From: Plasmodiophora brassicae
Taxonomy: Eukaryota
DNA length: 20,905 nt
Assembly (NCBI GenBank): GCA_036867785.1
Contig: CP145420.1
Location: 1,240,001 to 1,260,905, forward strand
Reading direction: 5' to 3'
The notes below the pieces were generated by a model. The model made no database searches. It had not been told where the DNA came from and worked only from the letters and a program-made list of their open reading frames with translations. Made by a program: the position numbers and the translations under genes. Positions within the stretch are counted from its first letter, which is position 1; every line of letters starts with the position of its first letter. Shown piece by piece: positions 11,339 to 20,537 of the stretch.

Positions 11339-12592
11339 TCAAGATTTGCGGGTAGTGCTTCCAGGGACCGTCTTGCTGAAATGTGGTGGGACAGCAGAGC
11401 CCGTTGTAATGGGCTTCATCGAAAAGAACCTACCCATTTTGGATGGGGTCGGGCGGAGTGCTGCCATTAGCGCTACTGGCGCCAAGCATCCGATCATCTG
11501 GCTGAGCGCATTAGCGACCAGGAAGTGCATCGGAGAGCTGTTCTGTACGGCAAGGACGATGAACTGCGCCAGGAGATATGCCACCGCTATCGTCCAGGAA
11601 CTCCCCATTCTGCGCAATAGCGTCTTGCGCTTTGCAATCTCGGCCGCCGATTGCCCGATCGACTTGAGCAAGAGCATGCCGACGCAGACAATCGCGTATC
11701 CCTGGACGGTCGCGAACAGTATGGCGGTGGCCAGGAAGAAAAAGTACGTTGCCACGATGCCCATCGGCATCACCTGAGTGACGGTCGCCATGGCGACCAC
11801 GACGACCTGCGCCAACATAATCGCAACGATGATCGGGAGCGCAACGCGTTCGGCCAGCGGGGTCTTGTCCTGCGAACGCGACAGGATCACCTGAAGCGAC
11901 ACCCGCGATAGGCACATGATAGGGAAGTCAGCGTAGGCGACGAAGACCAGGGCCGGGTACGTGATCGATTGCTCCTGCTGCCAGGCCGTGTTCTGGAACT
12001 TAACAATTCGAATGATCTGGGATGCGATGAACCCGACGAGGATAACGGCGGTGGCGACAGGGGGCGCCCGCGGCTTCCCGGTCTCGTCCACCACGTACTG
12101 CAGAAGGCGAAACACGGCGAACACGAGGGATGCGATGTAGATCAGGGTGAGGATCGTGTATAGAGTCGTCACAGCCGGGTGGCCGACCGCGATCGCTACC
12201 GAATTGCCACTGGCACCACCAGACTCCAACGTCACCTGTGCTGTGCCTGCGTCGATGAATCCATCGGACACGACAAGGATAGGGAGGGATGTTGGAACTG
12301 GGCGGTAAACCCATGCTAGGTATTGCAGGACGGTCCGCAGGAGTGATGATGATGACGCGTACAGGACAAGGCCGGCGCAGTCGTGGCAGGCGTTGGCAAG
12401 GGCGGCGACGTTGACCGTCACGGTCGTCACCTCGACAAACTGCACCTTGGAAGCATTCACAACCGCGAACGACACGTTCCCGAATGCGAACGGGTAGGCA
12501 GGGTAGGAGACGACTCGTCCACTGTCGTAGGTCAGCGCCAGACGACCGGCCGTCGCCAACCCCACAACGACCGCCCACACCACGAGACGCAT
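11339..12592 (-). CDS. Signal peptide + extracellular domain + seven-transmembrane (GPCR-like) protein, 417 aa, single exon
   Basis: N-terminal MRLVVWAVVVGLATA signal-like segment, ~125-aa ectodomain (possibly PA-like), seven hydrophobic segments, a basic loop (EIAKRKTLLRR) between TM5 and TM6, and a short S/T-rich tail. The ORF is uninterrupted. Confidence 0.82.
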   Translation of the reverse strand: MRLVVWAVVVGLATAGRLALTYDSGRVVSYPAYPFAFGNVSFAVVNASKVQFVEVTTVTVNVAALANACHDCAGLVLYASSSSLLRTVLQYLAWVYRPVPTSLPILVVSDGFIDAGTAQVTLESGGASGNSVAIAVGHPAVTTLYTILTLIYIASLVFAVFRLLQYVVDETGKPRAPPVATAVILVGFIASQIIRIVKFQNTAWQQEQSITYPALVFVAYADFPIMCLSRVSLQVILSRSQDKTPLAERVALPIIVAIMLAQVVVVAMATVTQVMPMGIVATYFFFLATAILFATVQGYAIVCVGMLLLKSIGQSAAEIAKRKTLLRRMGSSWTIAVAYLLAQFIVLAVQNSSPMHFLVANALSQMIGCLAPVALMAALRPTPSKMGRFFSMKPITTGSAVPPHFSKTVPGSTTRKS

Positions 12593-12683
12593 CTTCGGTT
12601 AGCAATGGGATAGATTGCAGTACCGTATACGATCGCCGGACTACCTTGTTCCTATATCAAGTAATAGCACGAATGAGTAGGGC

Positions 12684-12746
12684 CAGATGACAGGTGTACG
12701 CCTGCAGATGACAGGTGTACGCCTGCAGATGACAGGGGTTTTAGGG
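12684..12746 (+). repeat. 21-bp tandem repeat (2.5 copies) followed by one TTTTAGGG unit
   Basis: cagatgacaggtgtacgcctg at 12684 and 12705, a partial copy at 12726, and ttttaggg at 12739-12746. Confidence 0.9.
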
Positions 12747-13338
12747 GGGACTTGTTATGTATTTGAATACAATTGCTAAAGCGACGCAGGCGGCAGCGGG
12801 AAGCTCGCTGCCGTCGATTCATGCTGGATACCACCAGTACAGGATCACAGCGCTAACGGCATGGGTATGGTGGGCGCGACCACGGGGTGCGCTCCGAGAA
12901 CGGCGCTATCTATGGCGGATGCCATCTTGACGTCGGCGAGGCAGCCGTCTTGCGCTGGTTCATGCTTCGACGCGCCGAGGATGCCGCCACGTCATTGCCG
13001 GGCATCATCGGTGCATCCGGCTCTGTTACGGCATGCCCAGTCGCGTACCCTGCTCCGATCGCGGAGACGCACCTGACGACGGCGTCCAGCACGATCGTCC
13101 TTGCCATCTGGTAGGTCGCACGGCTGGTCGCAGCTTGCCTCGCTTCCTGACGGCGTCGTTGGTGCAGGGAACGGGGCGGGAGCAACGGGCGATCCGGGCG
13201 CGTGCCTTACGTGGCCCTGCTTGGTCCGGCCGGGGCGCTGTCACGATCGGCATCGGCGGCATCGCGTTCCTGCTCAATGTCCTGCTCGTCACGGCCGCAG
13301 GCGCGATCGGCGCCGTTCGCCTCGACGTGCGCTCCGCT

Positions 13339-15502
13339 CTACTGCTGGTCCTGGGGGTCCACCGGCTGCTCCTCGTCGTGTTCCTGCTGGTCGTCACCGG
13401 GCTGGGCGGCGGCTGACGCGCTGTCGGTCTCCGCGTGCTCGATGTCGTTCAAGTCGGGGCCAGCTGCGCCTCCTTCGATACACTGCTCCTGCATGGCTTG
13501 CTCGGCCGCCAGCACGGCCGTTCGCGCCGCCTGATTGTCCGGGTCGCCATCAGCGGGTCGTTGTCCAACGCGGCCCGGCCGCCGAACGACGCCAGCCCCT
13601 GGGCGGAGACCGCCGATAAGTTGTCCTGTCAAGTCGCCCAATCCTTTCGCTTGCATCATCGCAAGAATGTTGTCGATTTTCGCGTCGATGCTCTGATCCC
13701 TCGCCGGCAGGATGGCTTGTGAGAGCGCAATGATGTTCTTGGTCTTGTTCGGAGCCAGCACTCTTTGGGCAACCAAGTTCTCGATGAAGATCCGTACATG
13801 CGCGCCTAAACAGATCCGGCAGGCCGCCGATGGGATTCTCATTCAGAGCCACGAGTTCTCTGTGATCGGACATGCGGATCGCCTCCCATGTGTAATCCAC
13901 GTGTAACAAAGCGCTTCGCCTGTTGACGAGTCAGTTCCGAAATTGCGTTAGGTTCACATGAATGCGAATTACTTCTGAATCGATATCATCTTCAGGAAGC
14001 TGCTGCCGATCCGTAGTAACGTTTAGCGCTTTCAACGGTTTTGTGCCGTGCTGACAGCATGATCTGCCCCAGTTCACCTTTCCCCCAAATAGCTAACAAA
14101 TCGCCAGTTTTTCGGAGGGTATGCGTTCCCCAAACTCGCCCGTCATCGCGTCCAACAACGTCCGAGAGCAGCTTCTTCAGTCTATGGACACGATTCGCCG
14201 TCAAATACACATTCGTAAGTGCACCATACGAGACCTACTGGTTGTTAAAGGTGGTGAAATCGAAGCAGTCACTAGAACCCCTTCTTCTTGGGAAATAGGT
14301 AACCCGACGTTATGCCAGATACGCTGAGCCACAGTAGCAGGTGGCTAACCAAGCATAGTTCGGGAACGTCTGTACAGCGCCATACCATTAACGGGACAAA
14401 CGATCCATCAGCCTTGCCCTTGATCTTGACGCCCATGCAGTTAACGTCGCCATTATCGGGATTGACAGATACCAGACTCGTCAGAATGTCTTCAATTCGG
14501 AATGGACACCCTTCGGCGGATCGGAGGAAGAGCTGGCAGTGGAAAAGGATCATCGTATAGAGACGAAGTCCCTCATATCGATCTGCGCTGAGTAGCGCTT
14601 TGCGAATGGCGATCAATTCATGTGGCATCAGCGGCGAATCACCTTGCGCAGTGTAATCAACGAGGTCGATTTGCGTCACGCGACGGTACCGGTTCTTCAC
14701 GTTCTGATGCGATCGCGGGCAGCCCGATCTCCAGAAGCGCGGGACTCCAGCGTGAAAATTACACGATACACCATTGTCCCGATACGCGACAATACACGCA
14801 GGACATGGTTCTGAGTACTGTCCGCTCTGGTGCCTCGCAACATGCAAATCACTGACAGCTGAGGTTGCATGAGTTCGGATCGTTCCAGGCACCCGTTGCG
14901 AGGATAGGCTGTCTCGAGAAGTAATCCAGAACGGGATCAACGCGAAGAGAACTGACAGTATCGTCACGGTGCACAACAACGGGAGTGCCAGGTGACAGGA
15001 CCTTGAAATCTATGAACGCCATGAGTGTGTCTGCACTCATCGATGGACAGAATTCGGTGGGAGCTCGCTCGTCGAGAATGATCAATGACTCAAAATCACC
15101 AATTCGTTTGCAGAACAGGGCTAGCTGACGGTACAGCTGCCTGTACTGCTTGTGCGAGTTCTCCTTCAGGACGCGATTGCCAGTCAGTTGCCCGCCGTGA
15201 GCGGAGAAGCGCAGGCCCATGCGGGCCAATGCCTCGTCGACTCTCTGCCGAACCACATCTTCTTGCGACGCTGTGAGCGGACGCATTCGCAGATGCACAC
15301 CACTGTCAACCAAGTTGTCAACTGCAGACGCCCCGAAAGACCGCCTCTCTTGCCGTAGATTGCGCCGACGGGGTTGCAGTGCCCCCGATCCCGAAGGGGG
15401 AAGGGTACGGGGAACGGGAGGGGAAGGAGCGGGGAAGGTGGCCATTTTGCTACCGGATAACGTCTTTCCTATAGCACGATCTGCATCGGCGCCCAGCAGC
15501 AT
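13339..15502 (-). mobile_element. Crypton-like tyrosine recombinase gene, frameshifted, with two introns and an acidic low-complexity tail
   Basis: Catalytic set LFL-R-SAE, IKG-K-AD, GT-H-TL-R-KTG, SAR-H-K, KR-Y-Y. Predicted introns 14182-14238 and 13920-13972 (GT..AG on -). Frame changes near 14865, 14278, 13995 and 13810. Start ATG is at 15502 or 15445. Confidence 0.85.
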
Positions 15503-15526
15503 CTGGAGCGTGTTCCACCCCGGGGG

Positions 15527-15581
15527 TGCACCTGAAATGGTTAACTGATGTCAACATCAGTCAACCACCACTTCAAGTGCA
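15527..15581. other. 55-bp imperfect palindrome upstream of the tyrosine recombinase
   Basis: tgcacctgaa/ttcaagtgca (9/10) encloses tggttaactgatgt-ca-acatcagtcaacca (13/14). Confidence 0.85.
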
Positions 15582-15810
15582 TCACCGTGTGGTACACATC
15601 GCGGGCGTCGATCATGCAGGCGCCGGCAAACGGTGGACAACCGTATTATGCAGTTGTCACAACCGGCGTATCACCTCGATGAACGCACCAGACCAGTACG
15701 TAGCCGCGGATGTCTATCCTGGAAAGCTTCGTCTACATCTGTAGACGACATCGGCACATGCGATTATCTCGGCAAAGGAGGCCATTTCGCTTCCTCAATA
15801 CACACAATAA

Positions 15811-16944
15811 TTAAAAACCGCTGTCGAAGCGGCGTCGCATCTCGGCACCGGATAGCACGGCGTACGCCTCGCAGACGTCCTTGAACTTAGCCTCAACGGT
15901 TTTCAGCTCTTCGTTTGTCGCGCCGTAGTTCTTGTCTGGGTGGTACTGGAGCGCCAGCTTACGGTACGCCTTCTTGATCGCGCTTTGGTCGGCATATTCC
16001 GGAACGCCCAGGATCTGGTAGTAGTCCTTCCGCTTCGATTTCGCGAGCATCGCTTCTTGATTTCGTCTGGCCTGTTCCCCTGCCGCGTCCCTTTTGCGCT
16101 GCGCTCGTTCTCGAGCTTCCTTCTCGCGCTGCGCTCGTTCTCGAGCTTCCTTCTCGCGCTGCGCTCGTTCTCGAGCTTCCTTCTCGCGCTGCGCTGCTCG
16201 TTCTCGAGCTTGCGCCTCGCGCTGCGCACGTAGTAGAGCGTCGACCCTCTCGCGCTGCGCTGCTCGTTGTCGAGCTCGCGCCTCGCACTGCGCACGTAAT
16301 AGAGCGTCCCTCTCGCGCTGCGCTCGTTCTTGAGCTTTCGTCTCGCGCTGCTCTCGTAGTCGAGCTTCCCAGTCGCGCTGCGCTCGTTCTTGAGCTTTGG
16401 TCTCGCGCTGCTCTCGTAGTCGAGCTTCCCAGTCGCGCTGCGCTCGCTCTCGGGCTTCCGTCTCGCGCTGCGCTCGCTCTCGGGCTTCCGTCTCGCGCTG
16501 CGCTCGTTCCCGAGCTTGTTCCCATTGCTCGTTCACCTCTCGAGCTATCTTTTCCTGTTCTCGTTCATCCTGCAATCGCACTTCCCTTGCTATGGCTAGT
16601 GCGCATACGGTCAGACCCACCAGCGCAACACGTGTCCACGTTCTCGACTTCTTCTTAACGACAGGTGGCGCCGGTTTCCGTGTTGAGGAGAGGATGGAGC
16701 GCAATGCGACGACAGCGCCGCCTACAGCTGCAGCGGGCTTGACCCATGCGGGGATGGTCCGGATCCGGGTCGGGACGGGCGCTGCGCTCACGTCGGTAGA
16801 TCGCAAAGGAGTACCCCACGACGCCGACAACGCCGACGTCGGGTCCGGAGCGGGTTTGCGGAATGCAAACAGCCCGACGGTGACGCCGACGACGACAACG
16901 ACGGCGATGGCAACGACAACGCCCGCCACGTACGCGTATCGCAT
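15811..16944 (-). CDS. Membrane-anchored coiled-coil protein with C-terminal DnaJ (J) domain, 377 aa, single exon
   Basis: ATG at 16944 starts a hydrophobic anchor, followed by further hydrophobic segments, E/R/A/Q repeats, then [11 protein letters not shown]...[16 protein letters not shown]...[13 protein letters not shown] with an intact HPD. Confidence 0.9.
   Translation of the reverse strand: MRYAYVAGVVVAIAVVVVVGVTVGLFAFRKPAPDPTSALSASWGTPLRSTDVSAAPVPTRIRTIPAWVKPAAAVGGAVVALRSILSSTRKPAPPVVKKKSRTWTRVALVGLTVCALAIAREVRLQDEREQEKIAREVNEQWEQARERAQRETEARERAQRETEARERAQRDWEARLREQRETKAQERAQRDWEARLREQRETKAQERAQRERDALLRAQCEARARQRAAQRERVDALLRAQREAQARERAAQREKEARERAQREKEARERAQREKEARERAQRKRDAAGEQARRNQEAMLAKSKRKDYYQILGVPEYADQSAIKKAYRKLALQYHPDKNYGATNEELKTVEAKFKDVCEAYAVLSGAEMRRRFDSGF
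16094..16520 (-). repeat. Coding minisatellite (30-bp unit, [10 protein letters not shown]-type; one 60-bp higher-order pair)
   Basis: gcgctcgttctcgagcttccttctcgcgct is exact at 16101, 16131 and 16161, with variants up to ~16520. Confidence 0.92.
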
Positions 16945-17505
16945 GACTGTAGTACCGTGTCTGCAGACCCTTGACTTACACAATGACACGGAAACAGAAT
17001 GACGTTGATCGACCACCTCTCCACGACGACGTCAGCTTGCCACGTCATCGTGCTAAAATCCGTGCACGCAGTTTTCCTAAATATAAATATAGTCCAGTGA
17101 ACCGTCCGCGGACGCCGACCTCAGTCGGTTATTCCGTGTTGTGGAGACAATCGTCGTCTGTCATCATTGTCGCAACTTGTCCTCGCCTAACACTCGTCAT
17201 CGTGACGTATCGATGAGGCCACCGTGATGACCCATCGAGGAACTTATTAAAACAAGCAGGAACCAAGCAGGAACCAAATCCGTAGGGCAAAGGGTAGAGC
17301 GCAGGGGGCTCCAATATAGCGCTTCGCGGCGAGGCATGTGCTGCTGCTGGCCGCGAGCCGACCGTTTGCCAGCTTGCATGTGGTATCGGCGGGTCGTGTT
17401 CCCGGCCCAGGCTGGCCAGCCGGGCCAAGTTGGCATGGCAACAAATTGAGACGTCAACCGCGTCAAGTCATATTCGGCGCCACGAGCAGATCTCCCAAGC
17501 CGGTA

Positions 17506-20500
17506 CAGTAATTGCTCCTATTAAGGTTTCCTGTAATAAGCCCCGAACCCTGAATTCGATGGCTTATGACCCCGAACCCCGATTTCGAGGCATATCCGGG
17601 GTCTTAATAAAAGACATAGGGCTAAATTTAGATGTTTGGGGTCTTATTAGGAATTCCACATAACGTTTTGCTGTTTTTTTTGGTGCACGGACTACGCGGC
17701 GGTGCCGCGGCGCAAGCTCATTGACTCATTGTGCATTGTCGAATGGTGTTGTAGTGCTTCTGTGCGAATGTCATCGATGCTGGAAGAGCTCCGTGAGCTA
17801 TCTGGGCTGCTGAAAGATGATATTATAACACCTTCGGAGTTCGATGATATGAAACGAGCGCTTATCGCCCGATACAAGGGATCAGGCAACACAGGTCCCA
17901 GCGACAACAGTCACCTCGAGGAATCGAGTGAAGGTCAGCGAGTTTTTGCCACGAACGTTCGTGAATAACTGTCTCTCTCGTAGACGTGAATGGAAAGCAA
18001 GAAGCAAGACCCGCATCGTGTGCGTCTTCGTCAGACAGAACTCTTGACCCTTTCCGTCCTGGCTCTGCTGCTCACAGTACGTGTTGTGGTTACTTGTTCG
18101 TTCTTGAACTAATGACGTTTGCTGACAGGTAGTTCATCGAATGCAACGTCCGGAAAGACTGTGACGTCGCAAGCGACTCTGCATAAATACTTCGGGCCGT
18201 CCATGTTAATGTCCCGTGGCTCCGGCGAGATATTCGTGTCCTCCAAGTGTCCAGCTATGGTCAAGGACAGGTTCACATGCTCTGAATGTGATAAACGCTG
18301 TCAAACCAAACAAGCCCTGATTTCCCACATGAAAACGCACAAGGTCGAGGAAGAATGTATGCCGAATGGAGTTTCTACGCCCAATATTGTGCCTTGTGTG
18401 ATAATTCGTGGTTGTGTCATAGACCAAGCAAATCCCCAGCCTGATGAACAACGGGTTGATGGCCCTTCGTCGAAGCGCCAGCGTTATTCGTTTGAGCGCA
18501 AGGTGGATATTATCAAAGAAGTATTGGACACGCAGCGTCCTAGCTCGGGTGAGAAGCGGTCTCGTGCGCTGGCGGTTCAACTTGTATCCGATGATACTGG
18601 TATACCTGCAACGACCATCGCAAGATGGATGAAGAACGAAGATCAACTACGTGACCGTGTGGCTTCGTCGGCCGATCGTGCCAAGAAGTCCTCGTACAAT
18701 CGCTGTTGGTTGAAGGACTTGCGGCACCTCGAAGAGGTGCTTGCTCGCGAGATCCGCAAAGAGAGGGCGAAAGGTGGTTCCGGGTTAACCGTCAAAGGTA
18801 ACCGTTTTAACTGTGTAATTCCAGGTAGGAAAATATCGAAGAACTGGTCACTCTCAATGGCCAGGCAGATTCGTCGAAGGCCGAACATCGTAAATCCAAA
18901 CAACGCGAAGGAGATTAAGCTCTCGTATGGGTGGTACTATCATGGGTTCCTTCCGAGGCACGATTTCTCCATCAGACGCGGGAACAACCGAAAGAAGATT
19001 GATGCAGTAGCATACAAGCCCATCGTTTACGAATTTCATCAACTACTCGCGAAACGCAATTCCAGTCGTAGTGTATTTCCACATTCCATGTTCAACTTCG
19101 ATGAGGTCCATTCCGCCTAGATGCTCTGTATTGCACTTCTTTGATGCTTTGCAGGTTCCTCTTCCATTCGTGAATGATGGTGACAGACGGACCGTTGACG
19201 ACGTTGGCACAAAGCGAGTCTGGATCAGGCAGCCGGGTGCGGGAGATGAAAAGCGGCAGGCGACACTGTTCCTCTGCATTGGGGCGGATTGTGAGGTCCA
19301 ACCGCGACCCCATGTCATATTTCGCGGCAAGGGTACACAGATTCTCCGATCTGACGAGCCGAATCAATGGGTGTGTTCTTCACTGGACGCTTCAAATCAA
19401 CTTCTAAGTGCCATTTGTCACAGGACTCCAGGGTGTCGGTCCATTTTCAAGAAAACGGATGGGTTGACACCAAGACCGCTGTAAACATCGCGAAGGTCAT
19501 GCAGCAAGATCCTGCGTTCGTAAACCCTGACGAGAATCGGACCTTCCTCTGCGACAACCTTCAATCCCACAAGGCACCAGAGTTTGTCGATTCGATGAAG
19601 TCCTTGGGCGAAATCGTGCTGTTTCCGCCAAACGTTACTGATTTGTTGCAACCTGGTATGTATTTCGTTCACCTTGATTTTCCCATGCTAATTGTCGTTG
19701 ACAGTCGATGCCGGCGCCGGTCGGATGATGAAATATCTGATCGCATCGCGGCTTGATGCGCAGATGGACGATGACGCTGCGTTCTCATCCAAATGGTTAG
19801 GAGGAAAGTTCACGGCTTCCGAGCGTCGCGTCCTCATTACCAACTGGGTGGGTGAAGCGTGGGAGCGGTTGTGTCAAGCGGGGTACATTCATAAGTACTT
19901 CGAGAAGACCGGTTGCCTGCTTGGTACGGTGGGTGCGGATCCCGGCAGGATCAAGATCCAGGGTCTTGATGAGTACCGGTTTATCCCGAACGTCCCGTTC
20001 ATAATTAACGTCGATGACGGGACAGATTCCGACAGCAGCGACAGCGGCGAATTTTCTGAAGGCACCTACAAGGCCGCAGACCCTAGTTCATCGGACGAGG
20101 ACGCGCCTATCCTGTCGTATGAACCCGGACAAAACCGTTTTCGTGAAGGCGACTATGTCGAGGTGTTCGACTCCGATGGCCAGCCGCTACTCACCGGCTC
20201 TGTTACTGCACCGCGTACCTCTCTACACGGACAGCCTGTGCCCGACGGCCACATCGTGGTCGTTATCGCACGACTGCACACTACAAGTTGTCTGGGCGTG
20301 GATCACTTTGGAGAACCTGTTGGCGTCGGAGGATATACTGCCGTCCCTGTGAATCGAGCATTCCTGTGCTGCGACAAATAAATGTTCCGTTTCTTGTTGT
20401 TTGGGCTAATCGGGACCAGTCTGTGGTTGAATTACGCAACGTAACTCCAAGTATAAACTGTGCTCCTGATAAGACCCCAAGCACTGAACCTACCCAAAAA

Positions 20501-20537
20501 ATATTTCACAATAAGACCCCAAACCCTCACAATGCTC
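17506..20537 (+). mobile_element. pogo-family DNA transposon with its right end truncated by the telomere
   Basis: Left end TA|CAGT at 17504-17509. The subterminal motif ATAAGACCCCRAAC occurs forward (~17536, ~17565) and inverted (~17598, ~17634-17652). The right side has tcctgataagaccccaagc (20464-20482, 17/19 complementary to 17634-17652) and ataagaccccaaaccct (20511-20527). Encloses a transposase gene. Confidence 0.8.
17768..20381 (+). CDS. pogo/Tigger-like DDD transposase, 7 exons, 769 aa predicted, apparently intact
   Basis: Exons 17768-17933, 17984-18076, 18129-18773, 18825-19105, 19155-19370, 19424-19655 and 19705-20381 total 2310 nt in frame, with introns of 49-53 nt. Motifs: C2H2 finger CSECDKRCQTKQALISHMKTH, CENP-B-type HTHs (RYSFERK...GIPATTIARW; LSYGWY..FLPRH), catalytic FNFDE|VP, LCDN and LLQP|VD (DD34D). 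Confidence 0.9.

Noticed and set aside
12684-12736. CRISPR array
   Set aside because: The units are contiguous with no spacers, and the context is eukaryotic.
9900-15502. RT plus tyrosine recombinase on the same strand as one DIRS/Ngaro retroelement
   Set aside because: The RT motifs (KxxGPD, QFGFR, GxxQG..SP, YADD) are non-LTR type. No gag or RNaseH is seen, the order is wrong, an unrelated 7TM gene intervenes, and the YR has introns.
15811-17016. Longer 401-aa start for the J-domain protein
   Set aside because: It relies on a non-ATG start. The ATG at 16944 directly precedes the hydrophobic anchor.
17253-17277. 11-bp tandem duplication caagcaggaac x2
   Set aside because: Too short and isolated to interpret. 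It is not a target-site duplication of any visible element.
18774-18824. Read-through coding segment GSGLTVKGNRFNCVIP in the transposase
   Set aside because: It is a 51-nt GT..AG stretch of typical intron size whose removal restores the HTH spacing (ERAKG|RKIS). Treated as an in-frame intron.
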